A DNA stretch of 64,000 nt from a virus (IMGVR_UViG_3300012347_000104:1-64000), one strand, 5' to 3'. Shown: positions 25,824-36,107, counted from the first letter of the stretch. A program made the numbers and translations. The notes: generated by a model from the sequence alone, not told the origin.

Positions 25824-28800
25824 TTACTTGATACCAGCAATCTCACCTGTGTTCATAATACGAACCGGGATGTAGATGAATTCAGCAGCCTTAACTGGCT
25901 CGATAGCAACGTCAATCCATAACTCGTTTCTGTCGATACGAGCAGGTGTGTTGTTAGTTTCATCACATACAACCAAGTAGTCATATAGACCACGTTTAGC
26001 AACTAAGTCAACGAATAGTGACTGTACAACTGCTGTCAATTGACCACGTGTTAATGCATCGTTTGGTTCGAATACGAACGGACGAGCAGCAACTTGTAGA
26101 CGTTCACGAATGTACGCAACTAAACGTGCAACGTTAGTACGGTCCATAGCAGATTGTGTGTCTTGACTATTCTTGTTACCATAGTTCAATAGACCAACAC
26201 CAGTGAAGAATGCCAATGGGTTGATTTGATTTGTGTACAATACATCACGAATACCCATTCTGTTCTTAACAGTTTGGAATTCACCTGTAGTGCTGTTAAT
26301 ATAACCAATGTTTGTAGCATTGTCGATATTACCACGGCGTGTACCGGCAGCAGCTAACCAAGGATAAGCAACTGTATCATTTCTGATGAAAGTGCGCAAC
26401 ATCATGTGTGATGCTGGGACAACTGCTGCTGCACCTGTTGTATCACTTGTGATACCGCTTGGGTAGAAGATACCTAAGTATTGGTCACGTGAAACTAAAC
26501 CGTCTTCACCAGTACCTGTTGCGCCTGCTGCGTTAGTAGCCCAGTTAGTCAACTGTGTTGCTTGGTCTTCTAAACGCAATGGTGTGTCACCGATAATGTA
26601 CGCAGTGTTGTTGCGCTCATTGTTTAGACCAACCATATCAGGTTGCAACTCTGGGTAACCAGGAGTTACGATTAAGTTGAAGAATGAGTCTTCTTCACGG
26701 ATACTCATGTTAGTACCGATAGCTGCCTTCAATGATTGAACAACCATGTTACGCTGAGCCTTACGACCCATGTAAGCAGAACCGTTAGCCTTCAAGCCAC
26801 TAGCTGATACCCAAGTATATGAGTATGTTGGCATAGAACCATTTGGATACTTTGCACGAGTAAAGTAGTTACGTGTAAACTTCTTAACGTTGTAACCTGA
26901 ACGGCGTGTGTTGAACAAAATCATACCTTGTGGGTACAATGTTGCGTCAGGTGCATCTAAGTCTAAGTAGTTGCTAGTAACCAAATCAGCAATAGTTGAT
27001 AACGGATCATTTACTGGATCAACTGAACCAGATGTTCCCCAACGTGCGTCAGCAAACAAGATACCCTTTGAAGTTGTTTGGTCTGTATTGTCGATTGACA
27101 CCCATTGCGGTACTGTATCTAAGATTTCCCAACGTGATAACGCTGGATAATTTTCTAAGTCAGCACTATTCAACCAGATATCACCCGGAACTAAGTCAGA
27201 GCCAGATAGCTGTGTTGTTGGTGCGACTGCGCTTACGATTACGCCGTTAGGATCAGTGTCATTGGAAACACCGAATGCAGGGAAACCAAAGTCATCATAA
27301 CCTACGTTACAATAACCTTTCCATACACCACCTTGGTTAATCATAATGTCAACTTGAGATGGAGTTGAGTAATACCATGATGTACCATTCGCTGGCAATG
27401 ATGCAGGAGCACCTTCATTTGAAGTGTAGCTTAATAGTTCCCAATTTGACAATCCTAGAATAGAAAGATTCTTAGGGATACCAGATGAGAATACTAATCC
27501 AGTAATTTCACCTGCATTTACTGACTGAACTCTCAATACTAAATTATTAGCAGACGTGCCGCCTAATTGAGTGCCCGAGAATGTTAACGTGTCACCAACT
27601 GCGAAGTTTGTACCACCAGAAACAATACTGAACGTGTAACTAGTTCCTAAATTCACAATGCGAATATTAGCATTTGCGCCAGTATCAGTTGTGTATGTAG
27701 CGTTTTGCGCAATGACAGGTTCCGTAAGAGCAGGAATTCCATTTATACCAGCAATGAATCCTAATTCTTCCAAAGCACCGTTGCTTTGTCCGGTTACTTC
27801 TCGGTCAGACAAGTATATTTCTCCACCTAATGTGTGAGTCAATACGATTTCACCTGAAGAAGCAACTTCAGCCGTAGTATACGGGATATTCATTGATTGC
27901 CAAGCAGTTACGAAATCTTCAGCGTTACCTGTACAATTAATTGTATATTTAGGTAATTCTGCTGGATTTGAAATATTAGTCAATGAAGCCGAAACAAGAA
28001 TTGCCTTAGACGATGAGAACGAAACGTTTGTGTTAGTGCCTCTTACAACTGTTGCACCTGTTGTTTTTCTCTTATACCAAGATAAACTTGCAATATTCAA
28101 TGTTCCAGCATAATTAGGAGTACCGTAATAAGTACCAATAATAGTTCCTGAAGGAATATTCTTACCGCCTGTGCTGTCTAAAGAGCAAATTGCCTCAAGT
28201 GCAGTTGGGAATAAGTTTGTAGGTACGCTTGTGTAAGTAGCTAGATTTGAATCATACTTTGAAAACAATACATTCATACCTGATCCAGCAATGCTCGTCT
28301 TAATCCAAACAGACCCAGTTGGGTGAGGATATTGTTGACTTGCTGACCACAATGGCATGTTTGCGCTAGTACCAATAGATACGTCTGGTGAGTATACTGG
28401 TGTAGCAGTTGGGATACCACCTAATTGCTCTAACGGAGTACCTGTACCATCAGTGAACTGGATATATGTGTTTTGGTGCTTTCCGCAATAGTAAATGTTC
28501 AATTTACCTGAAATAACGTCAGCAGCAATGTCGCTGTCACCCAAACCATTAATTGAGTTTTTGATGTCATTTAATGTTGAACCAGAGTTAATTGTAACAA
28601 CGTGAGTAACGCCTGTAACAGGAATTGTCATCGAGAATGTACCAGGAACTACTGTGCTGCTACTTGATTGTACTGTAGGAATTGATTTCTTCCATTCACG
28701 TGATCCGATTTCGACCCATGTATTTTCAGTATTCTTATAGAAATATGTACCTGCAGTGTAAGGACCATCAACAATGTTGTCTGGGATAATCGCATAAGAA

Positions 28801-29351
28801 CCGATAGATCCAATACTGTCTTTAGGAAAACCATCAACCATCTGTGATGCTTCTGTAACTACGATAGGTGTCTTGTTTGTGAACTTACCTGTAGTAGCAT
28901 TGAATTCGTAGATACCCCATGTTGAGTTAGTTGTGTCTAACCAATATGTACCGTCAGTTGGTTCACCTACTGGACGAGCTAATGTACCAACTAATGAACC
29001 TAAGTCAACGTCAGCACGTAACACATACGCACGATTTGTTACACCTAAAACAGAGTAAGCAGCCATTAGACCGTATTCGTTTAGTTCGTAACCGTGAATT
29101 GGTGTACCATTTGAAGTCTTGTAGAAGAATGGTGAACCGAACAATGTTGTCAAGTCACGTTGGCTTGTCAACAACTGTAATTTGTTAGCATTTGCCGCTG
29201 TTGTTGCTGCTGCAACTCCGGTGCCTGCACCGTTAATTTTATTTTGTGCAGTTGCCACTACAATTAGCGGAACTGATGAGGATGCTCCTGGCAAGTATTG
29301 ACTTTCATCGATGATACTTACTGAGACTCCTGGTGACACTAAATTTGCCAT
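25824..29351 (-). CDS. gp18: contractile tail sheath protein (extended)
   Basis: N-terminal LVSPGVSVSIIDES; C-terminal FEPND..TR...F...L.AKRGLYDY.VVCDETNNTP..IDRNEL..DVAIEPVKAAEFIYI. Confidence 0.95.
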   Translation of the reverse strand: MANLVSPGVSVSIIDESQYLPGASSSVPLIVVATAQNKINGAGTGVAAATTAANANKLQLLTSQRDLTTLFGSPFFYKTSNGTPIHGYELNEYGLMAAYSVLGVTNRAYVLRADVDLGSLVGTLARPVGEPTDGTYWLDTTNSTWGIYEFNATTGKFTNKTPIVVTEASQMVDGFPKDSIGSIGSYAIIPDNIVDGPYTAGTYFYKNTENTWVEIGSREWKKSIPTVQSSSSTVVPGTFSMTIPVTGVTHVVTINSGSTLNDIKNSINGLGDSDIAADVISGKLNIYYCGKHQNTYIQFTDGTGTPLEQLGGIPTATPVYSPDVSIGTSANMPLWSASQQYPHPTGSVWIKTSIAGSGMNVLFSKYDSNLATYTSVPTNLFPTALEAICSLDSTGGKNIPSGTIIGTYYGTPNYAGTLNIASLSWYKRKTTGATVVRGTNTNVSFSSSKAILVSASLTNISNPAELPKYTINCTGNAEDFVTAWQSMNIPYTTAEVASSGEIVLTHTLGGEIYLSDREVTGQSNGALEELGFIAGINGIPALTEPVIAQNATYTTDTGANANIRIVNLGTSYTFSIVSGGTNFAVGDTLTFSGTQLGGTSANNLVLRVQSVNAGEITGLVFSSGIPKNLSILGLSNWELLSYTSNEGAPASLPANGTSWYYSTPSQVDIMINQGGVWKGYCNVGYDDFGFPAFGVSNDTDPNGVIVSAVAPTTQLSGSDLVPGDIWLNSADLENYPALSRWEILDTVPQWVSIDNTDQTTSKGILFADARWGTSGSVDPVNDPLSTIADLVTSNYLDLDAPDATLYPQGMILFNTRRSGYNVKKFTRNYFTRAKYPNGSMPTYSYTWVSASGLKANGSAYMGRKAQRNMVVQSLKAAIGTNMSIREEDSFFNLIVTPGYPELQPDMVGLNNERNNTAYIIGDTPLRLEDQATQLTNWATNAAGATGTGEDGLVSRDQYLGIFYPSGITSDTTGAAAVVPASHMMLRTFIRNDTVAYPWLAAAGTRRGNIDNATNIGYINSTTGEFQTVKNRMGIRDVLYTNQINPLAFFTGVGLLNYGNKNSQDTQSAMDRTNVARLVAYIRERLQVAARPFVFEPNDALTRGQLTAVVQSLFVDLVAKRGLYDYLVVCDETNNTPARIDRNELWIDVAIEPVKAAEFIYIPVRIMNTGEIAGIK

Positions 29352-29473
29352 TTTGTTTTCCTTTTATGTTATGATTTTGAGGGTTAACGCCCTAGTCGTA
29401 TTAATATTTAGCGAAAATATATAAAAAGAGTCAATAAGCGTGCCTTCGAAGGTTTATGTAACTAAATACATCG

Positions 29474-29815
29474 ATGAGACCGATATGCAAGACTTGTAAC
29501 AAGAATCAATGTGCAGTGAACTATGTCCGTGCAGGTGTCACTCATTACCGTAGTATATGTGATGAGTGTGGGCGTAAGAAAAATAAGCTGAAACCAAGAA
29601 AACCCTCTTGGCAAAAGAGTGGATACAAGAAAAAAGCCACATGTGACCTATGTGGCTTTAAGAGTTTATTTACTAGTCAAATCACAGTCTTTCATGTAGA
29701 CGGTGATTTGGGTAATACTCAATTAGCTAACCTTCGTTCCATATGTCTTAACTGCGTAGAAGTAGTTAAGAAGAAAGAGGTTAACTGGCGTCGGGGTGAT
29801 TTAGAAGTTGACTGA
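29474..29815 (+). CDS. zinc-ribbon/HNH-like protein
   Basis: Four CxxC pairs; FHVDGDLGN...NL..IC.NC HNH-like core; CTAAATA 5 nt upstream. Confidence 0.65.
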   Translation: MRPICKTCNKNQCAVNYVRAGVTHYRSICDECGRKKNKLKPRKPSWQKSGYKKKATCDLCGFKSLFTSQITVFHVDGDLGNTQLANLRSICLNCVEVVKKKEVNWRRGDLEVD

Positions 29816-30425
29816 CTTTTACGCTTAGGTCATCAATCGTTCCGTTGTTGTCAATGTACAAGTCGTACTTCAACCCTACACTTGAGTACTCACTAGCATG
29901 GATATTCAGTCTGTCTAATTTTGTTTTACTGACTGACCACTGACTGTTCCCGTCAGGACCTCTATTGTATGCTTCTGCTGCATCATACCATTCAGGCTGT
30001 TCTCCACGATTAACTCTAACTGTGATACCACCTGCAGCCTTAATTGCTTTAACCTCGTTGGGGAAACGACAGTCTGTAATAACTACATCGTCTGTACTTT
30101 GACGTAGTTTGTTCTCAACACTAGCAATCCAGATATCATCGTGAAATGACTTGCGGCAAACTTCAGTGCCCCATTGTTGCAGTACGTATCTAGGGGTGAT
30201 ATCTAACCCTAGTCTATTACTCCACCATTCGTCTTTTTGTTCTCGCCAAATTCTACTATTTTTTGTAGTACCCTCAAGCATTTCTCTGTCCCAACCAAAG
30301 ACTGCTGACACTGCATCTTTTAGACTGGCTGCAAACGAAATGCGTTTGAATTTGTGGTTCGTCACTAACAAGTCAGCAATTGTGTCTTTGCCGCTACCTA
30401 TAAATCCAGTTACACCGATAATCAT
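29781..30425 (-). CDS. deoxynucleoside monophosphate kinase (T4 gp1-like)
   Basis: IIGVTGFIGSGKDT, FAASLKDAV, TPRYVLQQWGTE, ITDCRFPNE, HASE. Confidence 0.9.
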   Translation of the reverse strand: MIIGVTGFIGSGKDTIADLLVTNHKFKRISFAASLKDAVSAVFGWDREMLEGTTKNSRIWREQKDEWWSNRLGLDITPRYVLQQWGTEVCRKSFHDDIWIASVENKLRQSTDDVVITDCRFPNEVKAIKAAGGITVRVNRGEQPEWYDAAEAYNRGPDGNSQWSVSKTKLDRLNIHASEYSSVGLKYDLYIDNNGTIDDLSVKVSQLLNHPDAS

Positions 30426-30486
30426 ATTAAAAAGCCCTCGTAATACTTATTATATTACAAGGGCGTGACAATAAAAAGAGTTTAGG

Positions 30487-31260
30487 TTAGCCTTGTACCC
30501 AAGTCAATGGTTGACTGTAATCTACATAACGCTTTAAGTCTTCTAATAGTGTAGCTTGCATCTCTTTAGATTCATTCTTTAGTGATGCACCATTCAATGT
30601 AGTACCACCGTTAGGTCCTGCGATACTAGCAAACTTTTCACGTGCTTCGCCTAATGTAGACTTCAACACGCTAAGAGTCCAGTCACCAATCCAAACGCCT
30701 GCACCCGGATCTTGTAATAGCTCTGATTCAGGGCGTTGGGTGTCCGCCCAAATAAGGATCTTCTCACCGCTTGCTTTAACATCTCTAACTAATCGTAGTT
30801 GTTTTGTGACAGGGTTGAATGTGTAAACAATGTAACCACCGAACATACGTGCTGCCAATTCAATGTATCCTGCATACATATCGTATGTTGCTAAACCACC
30901 TGAATAGTTATAGTTAAGCAAATATGTGTTTAAAATTGCTGAGGAGAACGGATCAAATGAACTGCTTGATGGACCGGTCTCTAAACCAATCGTTCTACGG
31001 AAAACTTGACGGACATTAATAAACTCTTTAGGTAGAGTATAAATTTCTTGGTGTGCCTCTAAGGGCATTAATGTATAAGATTCCACTGTGGCATTTTGAG
31101 CCCTTTGACGATAAACTTTAATGGCATATTGATATGCTGCTTCATAATGTTCAGGGTCTAACTCAATATCAACCATTCCCTCACCTAATCTAAGACGTAA
31201 GTTCTGGAATAATTCTTCTTTTAATTCAATAAGGGATGACATATATTTCTCCGGATACAT
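30487..31260 (-). CDS. gp13: neck protein (T4 gp13-like); start may be MSSLIEL at 31242
   Basis: LRLRLG..MVDIEL, GEAR.KFASIAGPNGGTTLNG. Confidence 0.8.
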   Translation of the reverse strand: MYPEKYMSSLIELKEELFQNLRLRLGEGMVDIELDPEHYEAAYQYAIKVYRQRAQNATVESYTLMPLEAHQEIYTLPKEFINVRQVFRRTIGLETGPSSSSFDPFSSAILNTYLLNYNYSGGLATYDMYAGYIELAARMFGGYIVYTFNPVTKQLRLVRDVKASGEKILIWADTQRPESELLQDPGAGVWIGDWTLSVLKSTLGEAREKFASIAGPNGGTTLNGASLKNESKEMQATLLEDLKRYVDYSQPLTWVQG

Positions 31261-31284
31261 TATTTATCAGAAAATTCAGTGGGT

Positions 31285-31755
31285 TATGTCTATGGGTTTT
31301 GTGTTAGGTATGTCTCAGATATTCTTAGGCAATGGTGAGTAGATATAAAATCTACAAACCAAAAACATTCTTGAGGAACTTAGGTGATGATGAATTCAAA
31401 AATTACAGTGGAGGATTGTCTATGTCTCACTAACCCATGAAGGGAATTTGCCGTATTCGCTATTAATGACAGTACATGATTCATCAAGAAGTACTGTCTA
31501 GCCCGGGCCCTCTATCACAATTACTATGACCCGGCAAACTATCAACTATTAAGATATGGGAAACGTTTCTACGCAGAGGGTAGACGTTTAAGCATCAGGT
31601 GGTAGTCCCATAAATATGCGTTGGTCACGCTTCTACCGTCACACCACAATGAGGACGGGATATCGCCGCAGTTTGAGGTCGCGGTTTACCTATAGACCAA
31701 TAATCTTTTACTTAACTCGCAATGTTGTGCTAAAAATCACACTACATTGCGAGGA
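31285..31755 (-). ncRNA. candidate large structured non-coding RNA (unassigned)
   Basis: ~470 nt with no credible ORF; at least 9 helices, several closing only with G-U pairs on the minus strand (see finding). Confidence 0.5.
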
Positions 31756-31760
31756 TTGTA

Positions 31761-32198
31761 TTACAAATCGCCTGCTTGACGATTCTCTGAATAATGTGCG
31801 TCAAACGAACCACCTGGATAGCGTGATTCTAGTTTACGAACGTTTTCATCAATGACTTCGTTAGGGTCTAGTCGAAGTGCCCTGCAGGCATTAATCCAGT
31901 ACCACATAACGTCACCGAGTTCACGTTTCATGTGGAAGACTTCATCATCCGACAGACGTTTACCTTGAAAAATGATTTTCTTGGGAACCTCAATGAATTC
32001 ACCTGCTTCGGCTGCTAATCCCATACAAGCTGTAATCAACAATGGCACATTCACATCCGGACCGTGTCGTTGTGTCACCTCATCAAAATTACCATCTAGC
32101 TCATCTAGACGATTCATAAATGTCGTCAAGTCATTACTTGGCTTACTTGTTACAGCCTCTACAAAATCTTTGTACTTGTTTAAATCAATCTTACTCAA
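31761..32198 (-). CDS. mazG: MazG-like nucleotide pyrophosphohydrolase
   Basis: GLAAEAGE..E..KK, ELGDVMWY, N..KLESRYP. Confidence 0.88.
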   Translation of the reverse strand: MSKIDLNKYKDFVEAVTSKPSNDLTTFMNRLDELDGNFDEVTQRHGPDVNVPLLITACMGLAAEAGEFIEVPKKIIFQGKRLSDDEVFHMKRELGDVMWYWINACRALRLDPNEVIDENVRKLESRYPGGSFDAHYSENRQAGDL

Positions 32199-32437
32199 AT
32201 GGGTTCCCCTTTATAAACTTTAAATAACACATCACCGGCAGCCTTGTCAAAAGTACTGCCCCAATCGGCGATAGTTTGCATATCTTCTTTTTCGTCATAT
32301 CCGTTACCTACACCAATGTAGTATTTGTAATCGGCGTCACCTGTTTGACGATATAGTGACACTTCTTCATCTTCGATGTATTGAACGATACCAATAGTCT
32401 TTCGTCCACTAAACCAACGTACACCTAAAATTTTCAT
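32195..32437 (-). CDS. hypothetical protein
   Basis: 80 aa, AGGAG SD. Confidence 0.6.
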   Translation of the reverse strand: MKILGVRWFSGRKTIGIVQYIEDEEVSLYRQTGDADYKYYIGVGNGYDEKEDMQTIADWGSTFDKAAGDVLFKVYKGEPI

Positions 32438-32463
32438 TCTTCAACTCCTAAATATTGTTTAGA

Positions 32464-32757
32464 TTATAGATTATAGAACGGCCATTTTACTCTAAGAAAG
32501 GCTCGGTCTGCGTCAGACAAATGACTTACTACTAAACCTGTTTCAGTTTCGGTAACAGTTAACCACCTGTGCTCATGCCCGCCGCCCGTTGCTGTTTTGT
32601 CTTCAAATGCAGTATAGTAACGAACCCATTGTCTTTGCTCGTTTTTAATTTTAAGGTCACGATTCCATTTTTGTTTGTGTAGACTAGCATACGCATGACG
32701 GAAGTCTGGCCAGAACTCGTCTATTGCCACTAGACAATCATTATTAGTGACTTTCAT
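32464..32757 (-). CDS. hypothetical protein (C-terminus resembles the LRW family)
   Basis: 97 aa; ...SDADRAFLRVKW; AGGAG SD. Confidence 0.55.
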   Translation of the reverse strand: MKVTNNDCLVAIDEFWPDFRHAYASLHKQKWNRDLKIKNEQRQWVRYYTAFEDKTATGGGHEHRWLTVTETETGLVVSHLSDADRAFLRVKWPFYNL

Positions 32758-32882
32758 TTTTCAACTCCTAGCTTAATCAACGACCCGTTTGCCGCATGTG
32801 CCGGCTTAGGAAAGTCAGTTAAATTGATGTATATCGCTACAAGCATACAGGCAATAACAATACCATCAATTATTTTTCTCAT
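32754..32882 (-). CDS. 42 aa membrane/secreted peptide (MRKIIDGIVIACMLVAIY...)
   Basis: Manual translation; TAATG and ATGA overlaps fill the gap exactly. Confidence 0.55.
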   Translation of the reverse strand: MRKIIDGIVIACMLVAIYINLTDFPKPAHAANGSLIKLGVEK

Positions 32883-34075
32883 TAGAATGCCTTCAGAATA
32901 ATCATGTTCTCATTGAATCGACCGTTAGGTACTGTACCGACCGCTTTAATCTCTTTAAAGTATTTCCTCGCGGCGGGCTTAGAACCCATGACTTCCTTAA
33001 TTTGTTCGCCAGGCTTTCGTAGAGTTTTGATTTCGGAATTATTTGTGTCAAAACCGAGTAAAGCATTGCCCTTGACTGTGAAAGACTTGGAGTATTCGTC
33101 AGCAATATAGTGGTGTAATTTACGCTTGGCTGTGTCATAGACCCATGCTTCGCTTGCTCCGTGCAACTTAGTTGGGTGAACTGAGATAAGCTCAATTTTA
33201 TTAGCCGCATCTTTGAATTCTTTCAAGTACTTCAACTTAGAAACAATCTTTTCAACTGGAACAGCTTTCTTCTTACGAGGAGACTTGCTGGCTTTCTTAA
33301 CTGAGACATAGCTATTCAGGTCACTAATAACTTGCTCAATGAACTTGATAATGTTCTTAACTTGAGTCTTGCCTAAGAAACTGTATGCCTCGACCAACAA
33401 TGGGTCTTTTGCGTCTTGGACAGCTTCAAACTCTTTTAATTTCTTCTTCCACACATCAGTAAGAATTGAAATATGCTGAGGCATGACACTACGCTTTGCA
33501 ACTTCGTCAATCACTTTGACTGTGTAGCCAGCTTTCGCACCAGCTAGAATCATCTCGTCAAAAAAGCCTTCAAGTTCGCCCTGCGCATCACGGGCTTTTT
33601 CTTTCATAATTTCTTGAATGTTGGGGCGATTCGACACCTCAACTTCGACTTCTTTCTTAGCACCGGAAATCTGACTTACATGCACTTCTGGCTTGAGTAC
33701 AGCCTGTAGCAAACGTGCGATTTCGTTTTCTAAGGTCAATTCTTCGTGTTCGTTCAACTCTAGTCCACGCATATTCATACGTGCAAGCCAGCACAAAGTC
33801 ATCAAAACTTCTGATTCAGGCACCTTGCGAATCTGCTTTGCTTCGTCTTTGCGGTCTTGTTGATCCAAATACAAAGCCAGCAATTCTTTAGCATCTTTTT
33901 TGCCATAGAAACGATTATACCACGTGAAACCTCGGGTCAATGCAACTGTGCGCTCACCTGCTTCGGGTTGCAATGGGAAGAAGGGTTCTTCACCCAAGTA
34001 CTTCTGATCCACATCACGTGGATTCAATGCTTTAACAAAGTGGTCACCTGTCATTTTGGGTTTGCGTGTCGCCAT
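32882..34075 (-). CDS. hypothetical early protein
   Basis: 397 aa, Lys/Glu-rich; strong sigma70 promoter upstream. Confidence 0.7.
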   Translation of the reverse strand: MATRKPKMTGDHFVKALNPRDVDQKYLGEEPFFPLQPEAGERTVALTRGFTWYNRFYGKKDAKELLALYLDQQDRKDEAKQIRKVPESEVLMTLCWLARMNMRGLELNEHEELTLENEIARLLQAVLKPEVHVSQISGAKKEVEVEVSNRPNIQEIMKEKARDAQGELEGFFDEMILAGAKAGYTVKVIDEVAKRSVMPQHISILTDVWKKKLKEFEAVQDAKDPLLVEAYSFLGKTQVKNIIKFIEQVISDLNSYVSVKKASKSPRKKKAVPVEKIVSKLKYLKEFKDAANKIELISVHPTKLHGASEAWVYDTAKRKLHHYIADEYSKSFTVKGNALLGFDTNNSEIKTLRKPGEQIKEVMGSKPAARKYFKEIKAVGTVPNGRFNENMIILKAF

Positions 34076-34099
34076 AGATACTCCTGTTTCAATAGTGTT

Positions 34100-34128
34100 A
34101 TTATATATCAGATTCCATTAAATGTCAA
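34100..34128 (-). promoter_or_regulatory. sigma70 consensus early promoter
   Basis: TTGACA-17-TATAAT. Confidence 0.8.
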
Positions 34129-34179
34129 GTATTAAAAGGTAAAACTTTTGTCATAAATACAGAATAACTGGATTAAACC

Positions 34180-36099
34180 ATGCCAAGACTCTCACTATAT
34201 CGCCCCGAAAAAGCCAATGATTATAAGTTCTTTGACAGAACTATTAAGGAAATGTTCCAAGTTGGCGGGACTGATTTGTATGTACACAAGTACATAGGTA
34301 CAGCCGACTCAGGTCCAAGCAAAGACTTGACCCAACCTCAATATGACAAGATGGATCCCACTAACATCCAAGACTTGCTATTCTTAGAAAACCGTGACCG
34401 TAAATTTGATACAAACATCTATAGAGTTCGTGGGCACTATAGCGTACAAAACTTAGACTTTGATTTGTCACAGTTTGGATTGTTTCTAAACAACGATATT
34501 ATCTTTATTACAATACACTACAACACAATGATTGAGTTACTGGGACGTAAGTTGATTGTAGGTGATGTGATTGAGCTACCTCACTTGACAGACTTTCACC
34601 CACTCAATGAAGCAATACCGGTAGGGCTTCGTAGATACTATCAAATAACTGATGGTAACTTTGCGAGTGAGGGTTTCAGTAATACTTGGTACCCGCATCT
34701 ATGGCGTATCAAATGTGAACCGTTAGTTGACAGTCAAGAGTTTAGTAGCATATTGAGTTCACCGTTGTCAAAAGATAATTACCTAGGTGATTGGAACAAG
34801 ACTTCAACATACGTTCCTGGTTACACTGTTACGTACGGTGACAAGACATACGTTGTCAAAGACGGAGTAACGTCAGTGCCTGCAAATATTCCCTGTACCG
34901 ATACTAACTACTGGTCTGAATCAGTAGTAGATAATTTACGTGATATATTAGGTCGCTACAATAAAAACATTGAAATTAATGATGCAGTTATCGCAGAAGC
35001 GGCTCGTATTGTACCCAAGACTGGTTACGATAGAAGTCAGTTATATCTTGTTCCTACAGTAGGGAAGGCGCCATCAATACCGGTTAGTTTAGTAACGTCA
35101 CCTGATGCACCTGTGCCAATCAGAGGACAAGTTCAACTTTTCTCTAGCTTCGAATACCCAACACCCACTCCTGTATTGAACATTGGAGCACAAGCAAGAT
35201 TTGAATTATTATCTGATTCTGATATTAGTTCTCTTGTAGCTTTCATGAAGGTTAGTTTAGAAACTGCTACTCTTGCTCCTGAAAGATTAGACACTGGCGC
35301 AGGACAAGTAGAAGGAACTACTGTGTTAGCGTTGGGACCAATCAACGGACCATATGGTACGATTGACAACACGTACTCAACTGCTGACCAATTCCCTTCA
35401 ATTTACTTTACTACTTCAGGTATTGCAAGACCTGAAGAACGTGCTATTCCAGTAACACAAGTAGTACCACCTGATGTACCGGACACATGGTACGAAAACG
35501 TTGGCATCAACGTAGGTGAGTTTGTCGAGTCAATGGGACCAAATGGACCTATTCAATTAAGAGTATTTCAACCTGATACCAAAGTTATAGGTATTGATAC
35601 TGTCAACGGGTTGTTATTGATTGATAAAGATATTATCGGTTTAGTCCCAGGTGAGGCTATCGTCACTGTAGCTAGTACGTTTATCGGTAATCCGATAGAA
35701 CAATATGTAATGGACTATCGTGCAGACGCTGATCCTAGATTCAAGTATGTCAAGTTCATCTCTCCGCAGAGTTTCGGATATCAAGATGGTTATATGATTG
35801 GTGATGGAAGTGCACCAAACGGACTTCCAACTGGTGCCGGCATCACATTCCCTACTAATCCTTCTTTAGGTGATTATTTCTTACGAACAGATTACTTGCC
35901 TAACTTATTGTATCGTTGGGACGGTTCACTTTGGGTTCGTATCGGTGCTAACGTAAGAGCTACCGGAGATGTAACATCTTCATCCGATACACAGATGGGT
36001 TCATTCATCAACAACAACAACGTCACAACGTTGACTGATGGCACAACAATTCCAGAACAGCAGTCATTGACTGATGCTCTAAGACTTATTATAGATTAA
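34180..36099 (+). CDS. gp14: neck/head-closure protein (T4 gp14-like) with long C-terminal extension
   Basis: MPRLSLYR; FLENRDRKFD...LSQFGLFL; GDVIELPH; YPHLWRIKC; CATAAATA at 34152-34159. Confidence 0.75.
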   Translation: MPRLSLYRPEKANDYKFFDRTIKEMFQVGGTDLYVHKYIGTADSGPSKDLTQPQYDKMDPTNIQDLLFLENRDRKFDTNIYRVRGHYSVQNLDFDLSQFGLFLNNDIIFITIHYNTMIELLGRKLIVGDVIELPHLTDFHPLNEAIPVGLRRYYQITDGNFASEGFSNTWYPHLWRIKCEPLVDSQEFSSILSSPLSKDNYLGDWNKTSTYVPGYTVTYGDKTYVVKDGVTSVPANIPCTDTNYWSESVVDNLRDILGRYNKNIEINDAVIAEAARIVPKTGYDRSQLYLVPTVGKAPSIPVSLVTSPDAPVPIRGQVQLFSSFEYPTPTPVLNIGAQARFELLSDSDISSLVAFMKVSLETATLAPERLDTGAGQVEGTTVLALGPINGPYGTIDNTYSTADQFPSIYFTTSGIARPEERAIPVTQVVPPDVPDTWYENVGINVGEFVESMGPNGPIQLRVFQPDTKVIGIDTVNGLLLIDKDIIGLVPGEAIVTVASTFIGNPIEQYVMDYRADADPRFKYVKFISPQSFGYQDGYMIGDGSAPNGLPTGAGITFPTNPSLGDYFLRTDYLPNLLYRWDGSLWVRIGANVRATGDVTSSSDTQMGSFINNNNVTTLTDGTTIPEQQSLTDALRLIID

Positions 36100-36107
36100 G
36101 GTAAACA

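Noticed and set aside
31616-31855. 79 aa plus-strand ORF in the structured intergenic region
   Set aside because: No SD, Arg-rich composition typical of a shadow frame, antisense overlap with mazG; the region is better explained as structured RNA/DNA
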